Part shown: positions 12,789 through 27,465 of the stretch, piece after piece | Layout of the letters: every line of letters starts with the position of its first letter | How positions within the stretch are numbered: position 1 is the first letter of the stretch | Source: Eledone cirrhosa | Taxonomy: Eukaryota | Assembly (NCBI GenBank): GCA_964016885.1 | Contig: OZ024743.1 | Span: 50,220,001-50,284,000 of the forward strand | Reading direction: 5' to 3' | Length of the DNA: 64,000 nucleotides | Position numbers and translations under genes: made by a program | The notes under the pieces: model-generated | The model's input: only the letters and a program-made list of their open reading frames with translations | Databases searched by the model: none | Told to the model about the DNA's origin: nothing

Positions 12789-12950
12789 ATGTATGTATGT
12801 ATGTATGTATGTGTGTATGTATGTATGTGTGTGTGTGTGTGTATGTATCAATAAACAATTTCTTTCTTGATGTGCGTATATACATACATACATACATACA
12901 TACATACATACATACATACATACATACATAAATACGCATACATACACACA
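12432..12950. repeat. (TATG/TGTG)n and (TACA)n microsatellite
   Basis: Directly visible. Confidence 0.95.
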
Positions 12951-14129
12951 TACAATGTGCATGCATATATATATGAGTAATGTATCAATGTAAAATTGTT
13001 TATATCTATTTAAAAGAAATCTATTACGCGCGCACACACACACACACACTTAAGTGTAAAGTGAAAGGTGTGTGCTGACTGTTGATGTCTCGGTTGACAC
13101 TACGTCACACAGATCAATTAAAAATAAGTATAAAACATGAAAGGGGTAGGTGGTCAATTTTTTTTCCTTTTAACTATTTCGTTTAGAAATTCTTTGATAT
13201 AATGATGTCAGTAAATATAAGTATATAGTGGTGTTTGTGCTTGCATTCTAACCTCCAGTCTACACACCACACACCACACTGCCCACATCAGATGCTGTAC
13301 ACACCACGCACCATACATCACACACGACACCCCATTCCACACACTATACTCCAAAAGACACACCACACCACTCACAACACCACACTACACGCCGTCGTTT
13401 CTTACTACATTCAAATAGACAGTTAACTACTAAAGTTATTTGTCTCTTATCAAACTGTACTTTTAAAAAAATGCTCTTAAAAATTATTCATTGCTTAAAC
13501 AAACCGTTGCTTTTATTGATTTATCATTTATTTATTTATTATTTATTTATTTATTATTTATTTGTTTATTTATTTATGATTTATTTATTTATTTATTTAT
13601 TTATTATTTATTTATTCATTAATTTACCGTTATTTTTTAATATTTGTCCCACTTATTCTACGAAATGTAACGAAGTTCTGCTGTGTAGGGTCCATTGCTT
13701 CTTTTAATATCCGGATTTTGTGTTGAAAGTGAGAGAATTAACAGGAGAATTCTACTTCAAACGAAGCGTCATATTGACTTCCGGTGGAAATTAATTGATA
13801 GTAGATATTTTTTTCTCGTTTTTTTCCCCTTTGAAGTGAAAAAAGGCCGAGAATTGATTTTAAAACGAAGGTCAATGACTAGATTCAGAAACTGTCTGTG
13901 TTTAATCAACAAGGAAATTAAATGTTCGATAAGAAATAGATATATTAATGATCAACTCACATCTGTTAAATCACTGGTGACTTAATATTAGATCGATATC
14001 GATCTACGTTAACTATTAGTTTTTCATAAAGTGGTTTAAGTGTCGATAACATTTTATGATACAGTTGTTCGTTGCGGTAAACCATTGATACTTCCTACAC
14101 ACGTCACACCTTTTACCCAATACCTTCCC

Positions 14130-14725
14130 CCTACACATCTCCCCATTCACATTTCACTCTACACATCTCACCCTTCACATCTCACTCCACACATCTCACC
14201 ATTCACATCTCCCCATTCACATCTCACCATTCATATCTCACCATTTACATCTCACTCCACACATCTCACCATTCATATCTCACTCCACACATCTCACTCT
14301 TTACATCTCACTCCACACATCTCACCCTTCACATCTCACTCCACACATCTCACCATTCACATCTCACCATTCACGTCTCACCCTTCACATCTCACCCTTC
14401 ACATCTCACTCCACATCTCACTCCACACATCTCACTCCATACATCTCACTCCACACATCTCCCTCCACACATCTCATCCTCACATCTCACCATTCACATC
14501 TCACGCTACACATCTCACCATTCACATCTCACCAATCACATCTCACCATTCACATTTCACCAATCACATCTCACTCTTCACATCTCACGCTACACATCTC
14601 ACCATTCACATCTCACCATTCACATCTCACCAATCACATCTCACCATTCACATTTCACCAATCACATCTCACGCTACACATCTCACCATTCACATTTCAC
14701 CAATCACATCTCACGCTACCCACCT
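14130..14725. repeat. Degenerate minisatellite, ~14-bp unit CACATCTCACCATT / CACATCTCACTCCA
   Basis: Tandem CACATCTCAC motifs. Confidence 0.9.
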
Positions 14726-15177
14726 ATTCTACACATCTTTTTCTGATAGCATTCACCATTAAAAGAGTTAACACGACACAAGTCAACAATATACCATATG
14801 ATATAATATATACACTCACAGAGAAACTCTTACGTAAGACAAGCAGACAACTGCATCTCTACCTCGTCAGCCATCTTCCTGGCGTGCAATTTCGCGCATT
14901 AAGGTGGTATTGCACTTGCAATAGATTAGAGACCCGCTCTGATACTATGATGTATGTGAGACGATAACAAAGAATGGATAGGGAAATATACAGAAGTTTT
15001 TCTATAAAAACAAAGATAAATACATCAAAATATTGCTACCAGAATTAGACAAGAGTCTAAGAAAAAGATTAGACTTTCGTCATAAGAGATGGGTTAAAGG
15101 GGAAAGAAAGGGACGGAAACAGAGAGGGAGTGAGAGCGAGAGGGAGATGGGAGAAATATGCTAGAAAGGCCAGTTAA

Positions 15178-15284
<107 letters not shown>

Positions 15285-15425
15285 CTTCTAAAACTCTGTG
15301 ATTGTGTGCTTGTCTGTAATTTAATACACCCAAAACTATGTTTATTTAAACACATTTTGAAGACCATTCACTATGAATTTTAAAGTAGTGACTACGTCAC
15401 ATAGTCTCGGCAAAAGCAAAGCGAA

Positions 15426-15543
15426 GTAATCGATGATTTGATGATTTGATCAGAGACACACACTGTATTTAAGATCGAGTGACGCAATTTCGAGTGATCA
15501 GCGGCCTTTAGACCCACCTGATCAATGAAACAATTGTTAATAC
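15426..15543 (+). ncRNA. Degenerate type I hammerhead in probable PLE pLTR
   Basis: (C/T)GATGA-t-ttgatcag...ctgatcaa-t-GAA-ACAATTGT-T-aatac, with palindromic stem III and AATAAA just downstream. Upstream sequence (about 14980-15060) reads RKYTEVF..YIKILLPELDK, resembling a GIY-YIG C-terminus. Confidence 0.4.
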
Positions 15544-16408
15544 TGTAAATAAAACCCTTTTTGTACAGCCGACCATGTTATTCTTCACTCTTTCACTATT
15601 ATTACCCCAAGAATAACCTACATGGGAATTCTCGCAAACTCGCCACCTAACTAACGAAACCTCTTGTGGAGTCAAACAACGCCGTACGTTAAAACTATCT
15701 ATAGTACAGAGTACTCACATCCTCTAACTGGCTTACCTAAAATAATAACTTGTTATCCCATATATATATATACTTGAGGGCGACTGACCGAGGTGAAAAC
15801 AGCTAGTTGGTCAGTCGTCCTCTCTGTCTCTGATTTTCGGACCCATGGATTTTTATATATTCCTTTGTTATATTTCGAATACCTGATGATATCACCAGAT
15901 TCATACGGAACCAGGTCATTGAAATTATCATAGTATAATAAACTTTTCAAGGATTTACACCAGTCCAGCCTCCTGTTATTTTATTCATAATAATTAACTC
16001 CGTATTCGCACCACCAACTACACAAACGAAGACGGGTGAACTGCACTACATTGAGTACTTTCCATAATATTGCATCAAGATTGACCATACGGAATGATCA
16101 ATTCTATCCGGTGGTGAACCAACAAACCTAAATATATATATATGTAAAGAGCAGTGAGAATCGCATTTCGGCGGGCAGGAAAGGCGAAACGAAACGCAAA
16201 AATCAGAAATGACACTGGCAAAGTGCTTAATAGTTAAAAACCAGAGCTAAACAATGTGTTAAGAAGCCATACAAAACTGAAAAGGTGGTCAAGAAGGCAT
16301 TAACCACCCAAGCCAAAAAACCAAATCAAGCTAAACAGGTCAAAACAAAATAAATGATAAAAAATATATGATATATGCATATATGTATTTTTATTTATTT
16401 ATATATAT

Positions 16409-16787
16409 ATGGTGGCTGCCAACTCGTTTTCGAATACGGCCACTACTTTATATCCATGTAGGAGAACCCCTACCGATGCGCTGAACGAGTGTGACTTTTT
16501 AGTCCAGCCAGCGACTTGAAAACTCTAGTACAAACACTACACTTGTGACAATTATTGACACATAGTGCTGGGCCCATGGTACCATGTGACGACAAGTGCA
16601 GAGAGATCTCCAGATATAAAGCAATGCCTGTGCCATGAAGCTTTTATAGTGAGCAAAGGCACTGCACAAAGCCAGTCCCACTCTCTTAACCAAGATGATA
16701 TTTACCAAAAAGAAGAACAAGTCAACATCATTGGATACCATCAGGGTTGCAGGTGTTATATCAGAGTTTTCCTTCTCCTAGAATTCA
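16409..16787 (-). mobile_element. Non-autonomous RTE-derived element, 3' part (second copy of 50965-51573)
   Basis: Near-identical reverse complement of 51196-51573; the same ORF-track peptides appear at both loci. Confidence 0.85.
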
Positions 16788-16856
16788 GCCCTTTTGGGTG
16801 TATTACATTACAAACAAGCAAGCAACCAATCACAGAGCTTGCTTGTTTGTAATGTA

Positions 16857-17042
16857 ATTGTTTCTACTTTAGGCACAAGGCCAGCAATTACCCAGTGCAT
16901 TACTGGTACTTTATTTTATCGACCCCGTAAGGATGAAAGGCAAAGTCAACCTCGGCGGGATTTGAACTCAGATCGTAAAGGGACGTAACTATGCTGGAAA
17001 GCATGGCGTCCGACCCTCCACCGATACTGCCAATCCACCATC
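16857..17042 (-). mobile_element. Full-length Nin/Deu-core tRNA SINE
   Basis: Tail, core, B box and A box are all present in reverse complement. Confidence 0.9.
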
Positions 17043-17153
17043 TAAGAGAGAGAGAGAGAGGGAGAGAAAGAGAGAGAGATAGCCAGATGGGGCTATTAAG
17101 TTTGGCATGACCTGGGTCAATACTAGTTGAAACCTATCAAAGTTATCAAACAC

Positions 17154-17241
<88 letters not shown>

Positions 17242-17243
17242 GC

Positions 17244-17286
<43 letters not shown>

Positions 17287-17646
17287 TGTGAGAGTGATTC
17301 TACACACATCTACAGATTCCGACACTCCACAAACCTGCATTTCATGCATTATCTTAGATTAATTATGTTATAATTAACATTAGGTCGTTAGGACATTGTA
17401 TGTCATTTCTGCGGTTCGAATCCTGTATTGGTTTTTCACGAAGTAGGCAGAGCTGACATTATAATGGATGAGGTTAGAAAACTCTGGAAATCTCATTAAA
17501 ATTCCAGCAAAGGTGAACAGTGGTCACAAATCTAGAGTTTATTATGGCAACCATAGTATACTGTCTTAAATGATTAATTTCTAGTTGGTTTCTTTCTCAA
17601 TAGCAGAATCTCCAATTTAACTGAAACATATATATTTACTCTGCTC

Positions 17647-17679
<33 letters not shown>

Positions 17680-17810
17680 CGTGCATATGTGTGTGTGATG
17701 GGGGGGGGGGGGGTAGAGAGAGAGAGTGTGTGTGTGAGAGAGAGAGAGTGGGGGGAACGTGTGTGTGTGTGTGTGTGTGTGAGTGTGTGTGTGCGTGTTA
17801 GTGTATGTGA

Positions 17811-17866
<56 letters not shown>

Positions 17867-17937
17867 ATGTGAAGGCACATACACACACACACATATGTAT
17901 ATATATATATAAATAAATATATATGTATGTATGTATA

Positions 17938-17994
<57 letters not shown>

Positions 17995-17997
17995 AGT

Positions 17998-18073
17998 TAT
18001 GTAATAAACAACATAAATCAATTATTCCATTTACCAAAGGTTTCACGAAGACAGACGGGCTCAACACAAACGT
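17998..18073 (-). mobile_element. pLTR fragment with HHR 3' half (family of 10892), truncated by the satellite
   Basis: Reverse complement of about 10915-10990; it runs directly into the 33-bp array. Confidence 0.75.
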
Positions 18074-21000
18074 CCACTACACCACACCATCTAGTCCTGC
18101 CACTGTCCACTACACCACACCATCTAGTCCTACCACAGTCCACTACACCACACCATCTAGTCCTGCCACTGTCCACTACACCACACCATCTAGTCCTACC
18201 ACAGTCCACTACACCACACCATCTAGTCCTACCACTGTCCACTACACCACACCATCTAGTCCTACCACTGTCCACTACACCACACCATCTAGTCCTACCA
18301 CTGTCCACTACACCACACTATCTAGTCCTACCACTGTCCACTACACCACACTATCTAGTCCTACCACTGTCCACTACACCACACCATCTAGTCCTACCAC
18401 TGTCCACTACACCACACCATCTAGTCCTGCCACTGTCCACTACACCACACCATCTAGTCCTACCACAGTCCACTACACCACACCATCTAGTCCTACCACT
18501 GTCCACTACACCACACCATCTAGTCCTGCCACTGTCCACTACACCACACCATCTAGTCCTACCACAGTCCACTACACCACACCATCTAGCCCTACCACAG
18601 TCCACTACACCACACCATCTAGCCCTACCACTGTCCACTACACCACACCATCTAGTCCTACCACTGTCCACTACACCACACCATCTAGTCCTACCACAGT
18701 CCACTACACCACACCATCTAGTCCTACCACTGTCCACTACACCACACCACCTAGTCCTACCACTGTCCACTACACCACACCATCTAGTCCTACCACTGTC
18801 CACTACACCACACTATCTAGTCCTACCACTGTTCACTACACCACACCATCTAGTCCTACCACTGTCCACTACACCACACCATCTAGTCCTACCACAGTCC
18901 ACTACACCACACCATCTAGTCCTACAACTGTCCACTACACCACACCATCTAGTCCTACCACTGTCCACTACACCACACCATCTAGTCCTACCACTGTCCA
19001 CTACACCACACCATCTAGTCCTACCACTGTCCACTACACCACACCATCTAGTCCTACCACTGTCCACTACACCACACCATCTAGTCCTACCACTGTCCAC
19101 TACACCACACCATCTAGTCCTACCACTGTCCACTACACCACACCATCTAGTCCTACCACTGTCCACTATACCACACCATCTAGTCCTACCACTGTCCACT
19201 ACACCACACCATCTAGCCCTACCACTGTCCACTACACCACACCATCTAGTCCTACCACTGTTCACTACACCACACCATCTAGTCCTACCACTGTCCACTA
19301 CACCACACCATCTAGTCCTACCACTGTCCACTACACCACACCATCTAGTCCTACCACTGTCCACTACACCACACCATCTAGTCCTACCACTGTTCACTAC
19401 ACCACACCATCTAGTCCTACCACTGTCCACTACACCACACCATCTAGTCCTACCACTGTCCACTACACCACACCATCTCGTCCTACCACTGTCCCCTACA
19501 CCACACCATCTAGTCCTACCACTGTCCACTACACCACACCATCTAGTCCTACCACTGTCCACTACACCACACCATCTAGTCCTGCCACTGTCCACTACAC
19601 CACACCATCTAGTTCTACCACAGTCCACTACATCACAGCATCTAGTCCTACCACTGTCCACTACACCACACCATCTAGTCCTACCACTGTTCACTACACC
19701 ACACCATCTAGTCCTACCACTGTCCACTACACCACACCATCTAGTCCTACCACTGTCCACTACACCACACCATCTAGTCCTACCACTGTCCACTACACCA
19801 CACCATCTAGTCCTACCACTGTTCACTACACCACACCATCTAGTCCTACCACTGTCCACTACACCACACCATCTAGTCCTACCACTGTCCACTCCACCAC
19901 ACCATCTCGTCCTACCACTGTCCCCTACACCACACCATCTAGTCCTACCACTGTCCACTACACCACACCATCTAGTCCTACCACTGTCCACTACACCACA
20001 CCATCTAGTCCTGCCACTGTCCACTACACCACACCATCTAGTTCTACCACAGTCCACTACATCACAGCATCTAGTCCTACCACTGTCCACTACACCACAC
20101 CATCTAGTCCTACCACTGTTCACTACACCACACCATCTAGTCCTACCACTGTCCACTACACCACACCATCTAGTCCTACCACTGTCCACTACACCACACC
20201 ATCTCGTCCTACCACTGTCCCCTACACCACACCATCTAGTCCTACCACTGTTCACTACACCACACCATCTAATCCTACCACTGTCCACTACACCACACCA
20301 TCTAGTCCTACCACTGTCCACTACACCACACCATCTAGTCCTACCACTGTCCACTACACCACACCATCTAGTCCTACCACTGTCCACTACACCACACCAT
20401 CTAGTCCTACCACTGTCCACTACATCACAGCATCTAGTCCTGCCACTGTCCACTACACCACACCATCTAGTCCTGCCACTGTCCACTACACCACACCATC
20501 TAGTCCTGCCACTGTCCACTACACCACACCATCTAGTCCTGCCACTGTCCACTACACCACACCATCTAGTCCTACCACTGTCCACTACATCACAGCATCT
20601 AGTCCTACCACTGTCCACTACACCACACCATCTAGTCCTACCACTGTCCACTACACCACACCATCTAGTCCTGCCACTGTCCACTACACCACACCATCTA
20701 GTCCTACCACTGTCCCCTACACCACACCATCTAGTCCTACCACTGTCCACTACACCACACCATCTAGTCCTACCACTGTCCACTACACCACACCATCTAG
20801 TTCTACCACAGTCCACTACACCACACCATCTAGTCCTACCACTGTCCACTACACCATCTAGTCCTACCACTGTCCACTACACCATCTAGTCCTACCACTG
20901 TCCACTACACCACACCATCTAGTCCTACCACTGTTCACTACACCACACCATCTAGCCCTGCCATTGTCCACTACACCACACCATCTAGTCCTACCACAGT

Positions 21001-24000
21001 CCACTACACCACACCATCTAGTCCTACCACTGTCCACTACACCACACCATCTAGTCCTACCACTGTCCACTATACCACACCATCTAGTCCTACCACAGTC
21101 CACTACACCACACCATCTAGCCCTACCACTGTCCACTATACCACACCATCTAGCCCTACCACAGTCCACTACACCACACCATCTAGCCCTACCACTGTCC
21201 ACTATACCACACCATCTAGCCCTACCACAGTCCACTACACCACACCATCTAGCCCTACCACTGTCCACTACACCACACCATCTAGCCCTACCACTGTCCA
21301 CTACACCACACCATCTAGCCCTACCACAGTCCACTACACCACACCATCTAGTCCTACCACTGTCCACTATACCACACCATCTAGCCCTACCACTGTCCAC
21401 TACACCACACCATCTAGCCCTACCACAGTCCACTACACCACACCATCTAGTCCTACCACAGTCCACTACACCACACCATCTAGTCCTACCACTGTCCACT
21501 ACACCACACCATCTAGCCCTACCACTGTCCACTACACCACACCATCTAGCCCTACCACAGTCCACTACACCACACCATCTAGTCCTACCACTGTCCACTA
21601 CACCACACCATCTAGCCCTACCACAGTCCACTACACCACACCATCTAGTTCTACCACTGTCCCCTACACCACACCATCTAGCCCTACCACAGTCCACTAC
21701 ACCACACCATCTAGTCCTGCCACTGTCCACTATACCACACCATCTAGTCCTACCACTGTCCACTACACCACACCATCTAGTCCTACCACTGTCCACTACA
21801 CCACACCATCTAGTCCTACCACTGTCCACTACACCACACCATCTAGTCCTACCACTGTCCACTACACCACACCATCTAGTCCTACCACTGTCCACTATAC
21901 CACACCATCTAGTCCTACCACTGTCCACTACACCACACCATCTAGCCCTACCACTGTCCACTACACCACACCATCTAGTCCTACCACTGTCCACTACACC
22001 ACACCATCTAGTCCTGCCACTGTCCACTATACCACACCATCTAGTCCTACCACTGTCCACTACACCACACCATCTAGTCCTACCACTGTCCACTACACCA
22101 CACCATCTAGTCCTACCACTGTCCACTACACCACACCATCTAGTCCTACCACTGTCCATTACACCACACCATCTAGTCCTACCACTGTCCACTACACCAC
22201 ACCATCTAGTCCTACCACTGTCCACTACACCACACCATCTAGTCCTACCACTGTCCACTACACCACACCATCTAGTCCTACCACTGTCCACTACACCACA
22301 CCATCTAGTCCTACCACTGTCCACTACACCACACCATCTAGTCCTACCACTGTCCACTACACCACACCATCTAGTCCTACCACTGTCCACTACACCACAC
22401 CATCTAGTCCTACCACTGTCCACTACACCACACCATCTAGTCCTACCACTGTCCATTACACCACACCATCTAGTCCTACCACTGTCCACTACACCACACC
22501 ATCTAGTCCTACCACTGTCCACTACACCACACCATCTAGTCCTACCACTGTCCACTACACCACACCATCTAGTCCTACCACTGTCCACTACACCACACCA
22601 TCTAGTCCTACCACTGTCCACTACACCACACCATCTAGTCCTACCACTGTCCACTACACCACACCATCTAGTCCTACCACTGTCCACTACACCACACCAT
22701 CTAGTCCTGCCACTGTCCATTACACCACACCATCTAGTCCTACCACTGTCCACTACACCACACCATCTAGTCCTACCACTGTCCACTATACCACACCATC
22801 TAGCCCTACCACAGTCCACTACACCACACCATCTAGTTCTACCACTGTCCCCTACACCACACCATCTAGTCCTACCACTGTCCACTACACCACACCATCT
22901 AGTCCTGCCACTGTCCACTACACCACACCATCTAGTTCTACCACAGTCCACTACACCACACCATCTAGCCCTACCACAGTCCACTACACCACACCATCTA
23001 GTCCTGCCACTGTCCACTATACCACACCATCTAGCCCTACCACAGTCCACTACACCACACCATCTAGCCCTACCACTGTCCACTACACCACACCATCTAG
23101 TCCTACCACTGTCCACTACACCACACCATCTAGTCCTACCACTGTCCACTACACCACATCATCTAGTCCTACCACTGTCCACTACACCACACCATCTAGT
23201 CCTACCACTGTCCACTACACCACACCATCTAGTCCTACCACTGTCCACTACACCATCTAGTCCTACCAGTGTCCACTACACCACACCATCTAGTCCTGCC
23301 ACTGTCCACTACACCACATCATCTAGTCCTACCACTGTTCACTACACCACACCATCTAGTCCTGCCACTGTCCACTACACCACACTATCTAGTCCTACCA
23401 CTGTCCACTACACCACACCATCTAGTCCTGCCACTGTCCACTACACCACACTATCTAGTCCTACCACTGTCCACTACACCACACCATCTAGTCCTACCAC
23501 TGTCCACTACACCACACCATCTAGTCCTACCACTGTCCACTACACCATCTAGTCCTGCCACTGTCCACTACACCACATCATCTAGTCCTACCACTGTCCA
23601 CTACACCACACCATCTAGTCCTACCACTGTCCACTACACCACACCATCTAGTCCTGCCACTCTCCACTACACCACACCATCTAGTCCTGCCACTGTCCAC
23701 TATACCACACCATCTAGTCCTGCCATTGTCCACTACACTACACCATCTAGTGCTACCACTGTCCACTATACCACACCATCTAGTCCTACCACTGTCCACT
23801 ACACCACATCATCTAGTCCTACCACAGTCCACTACACCACACCATCTAGCCCTACCACTGTCCGCTACACCACACTATCTAGTCCTACCACTGTCCACTA
23901 TACCACACCATCTCGTCCTACCACTGTCCCCTACACCACACCATCTAGTCCTACCACTGTCCACTACACCACACCATCTAGTCCTACCACTGTCCAGTAC

Positions 24001-27000
24001 ACCACACCATCTAGTCCTACCACTGTCCACTACACCACACCATCTAGTCCTACCACTGTCCACTACACCACACCATCTAGTCCTACCACAGTCCACTACA
24101 CCACACCATCTAATCCTACCACTGTCCACTACACCACACCATCTAGCCCTACCACTGTCCGCTACACCACACTATCTAGTCCTACCACTGTCCACTACAC
24201 CACACCATCTAGTCCTACCACTGTCCACTACACCACACCATCTAGTCCTACCACTGTCCACTACACCACACCATCTAGTCCTACCACTGTCCACTACACC
24301 ACACCATCTAGTCCTACCACTGTCCCCTACACCACACCATCTAGTCCTACCACTGTCCACTACACCACACCATCTAGTCCTGCCACTCTCCACTACACCA
24401 CACCATCTAGTCCTGCCACTGTCCACTATACCACACCATCTAGTCCTACCACTGTCCACTACACCACACCATCTAGTCCTACCACTGTCCAGTACACCAC
24501 ACCATCTAGTCCTACCACTGTCCACTACACCACACCATCTAGTCCTACCACTGTCCACTACACCACACCATCTAGTCCTACCACTGTCCACTACACCACA
24601 CCATCTAATCCTACCACTGTCCACTACACCACACCATCTAGCCCTACCACTGTCCGCTACACCACACTATCTAGTCCTACCACTGTCCACTACACCACAC
24701 CATCTAGTCCTACCACTGTCCACTACACCACACCATCTAGTCCTACCACTGTCCACTACACCACACCATCTAGTCCTGCCACTGTCCACTACACCACACC
24801 ATCTAGTCCTACCACTGTCCAGTACACCACACCATCTAGTCCTACCACTGTCCACTACACCACACCATCTAGTCCTACCACTGTCCACTACACCACACCA
24901 TCTAGTCCTACCACTGTCCACTACACCACACCATCTAATCCTACCACTGTCCACTACACCACACCATCTAGCCCTACCACTGTCCGCTACACCACACTAT
25001 CTAGTCCTACCACTGTCCACTACACCACACCATCTAGTCCTACCACTGTCCACTACACCACACCATCTAGTCCTACCACTGTCCACTACACCACACCATC
25101 TAGTCCTGCCACTGTCCACTACACCACACCATCTAGCCCTACCTCTGTCCGCTACACCACACTATCTAGTCCTACCACTGTCCACTATACCACACCATCT
25201 CGTCCTACCACTGTCCCCTACACCACACCATCTAGTCCTACCACTGTCCACTACACCACACCATCTAGTCCTGCCACTCTCCACTACACCACACCATCTA
25301 GTCCTGCCACTGTCCACTATACCACACCATCTAGTCCTGCCATTGTCCACTACACTACACCATCTAGTGCTACCACTGTCCACTACACCACACCATCTAG
25401 TCCTGCCACTGTCCACTATACCACACCATCTAGTCCTGCCACTCTCCACTACACCACACCATCTAGTCCTACCACTGTCCACTATACCACACCATCTAGT
25501 CCTACCACTGTCCACTACACCACATCATCTAGTCCTACCACAGTCCACTACACCACACCATCTAGCCCTACCACTGTCCGCTACACCACACCATCTAGTC
25601 CTACCACTGTCCGCTACACCACACTATCTAGTCCTACCACTGTCCCCTACACCACACCATCTAGTCCTACCACTGTCCCCTACACCACACCATCTAGCCC
25701 TACCACAGTCCACTACATCACACCATCTAGTCCTGCCACAGTCCACTACATCACACCATCTAGTCCTGCCACTGTCCACTACACCACACCATCTAGTCCT
25801 ACCACTGTCCGCTACACCACACTATCTAGTCCTACCACTGTCCCCTACACCACACCATCTAGTCCTACCACTGTCCCCTACACCACACCATCTAGCCCTA
25901 CCACTGTCCACTACACCATCTAGTCCTACCACAGTCCACTACACCACACCATCTAGTCCTACCACTGTCCCCTACACCACACCATCTAGTCCTACCACTG
26001 TCCACTACACCACACCATCTAGTCCTACCACTGTCCACTACACCACACCATCTAGTCCTACCACAGTCCACTACATCACACCATCTAGTCCTGCCACTGT
26101 CCACTACACCACACCATCTAGTCCTACCACTGTCCCCTACACCACACCATCTAGTCCTACCACTGTCCATCCACTACACCACACCATCTAGTCCTACCAC
26201 TGTCCAGTACACCACACCATCTAGTCCTACCACTGTCCACTACACCACATCATCTAGTCCTACCACTGTCCACTACACCACATCATCTAGTCCTACCACT
26301 GTCCACTACACCACACCATCTAGTCCTGCCACTGTCCACTACACCACATCATCTAGTCCTGCCACTGTCCACTACACAATATCATCTAGTCCTGCCACTG
26401 TCCACTACACCACATCATCTAGTCCTGCCACTGTCCACTACACCACACCATCTAGTCCTACCACTGTCCACTACACCACATCATCTAGTCCTACCACTGT
26501 CCACTACACCACATCATCTAGTCCTACCACTGTCCACTACACCACACCATCTAGTCCTGCCACTGTCCACTACACCACATCATCTAGTCCTGCCACTGTC
26601 CACTACACAATATCATCTAGTCCTGCCACTGTCCACTACACCACATCATCTAGTCCTGCCACTGTCCACTACACCACACCATCTAGTCCTACCACTGTCC
26701 ACTACACCACATCATCTAGTCCTGCCACTGTCCACTACACCACACCATCTAGTCCTGCCACTGTCCACTACACCACATCATCTAGTCCTGCCACTGTCCA
26801 CTACACAATATCATCTAGTCCTGCCACTGTCCACTACACCACATCATCTAGTCCTGCCACTGTCCACTACACCACACCATCTAGTCCTACCACTGTCCAC
26901 TACACCACATCATCTAGTCCTACCACTGTCCACTACACCACACCATCTAGTCCTGCCACTGTCCACTACACCACATCATCTAACCTGCCACTGTCCACTA

Positions 27001-27107
27001 CACAATATCATCTAGTCCTGCCACTGTCCACTACACCACATCATCTAGTCCTGCCACTGTCCACTACACCACACCATCTAGTCCTCTCAGTGTCCACTAC
27101 ACCACAT
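18072..27107. repeat. Giant minisatellite, 33-bp unit CCACTACACCACACCATCTAGTCCTACCACTGT (~9 kb, ~270 units)
   Basis: 11-aa periodicity in the ORF track, occasional 5-bp deletions and regional variant domains. Confidence 0.97.
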
Positions 27108-27279
27108 CTTTAACTCTAGGCACATACAGGTCAGGCATAAGGACAGCAGTTTTGTGAGAGGGATAAGATGTTATCGATTCCGGAAGAATGGAAGGCAAAA
27201 TTGATGTTATTTCAACAGAGAATACGAGAACAAATATCGTAAAACATTTCATTCGCCGTTTTAACGATTCTATCAATAA

Positions 27280-27410
27280 CAGCACAAGGCCAGCAATGGA
27301 AGGTTATATTGACTACAGTACATAACTGGTACTTTATTTTACCAACCCCGGGAAGATTACAGGCAAAATTGACTTCGGTGGGATTTGAAGTCAGAATGTA
27401 AAGAATCCAA
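27280..27410 (-). mobile_element. Diverged Nin/Deu-core SINE
   Basis: CACAAGGCCAGC...ACTGGTACTTTATTTTA...GGGATTTGAAGTCAG. Confidence 0.6.
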
Positions 27411-27465
27411 CCTTCTAAAGCTGTTGATCATGTAGCTTGCTGGGAGATGACTTTCTTACGGCAGT

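Noticed and set aside
12050-13790. Minus-strand host exons (ACTTCCGG motif at about 13778, MDPTQQNF start, splice-like sites near 12170 and 12231)
   Set aside because: The candidate exons do not join into a consistent open frame and give no recognisable protein.
18072-27107. 33-bp array as a CRISPR array or as 800-990 aa proteins
   Set aside because: The units are contiguous with no unique spacers, the context is eukaryotic, and 5-bp deletions shift frames freely. The ORFs reflect a stop-poor unit.
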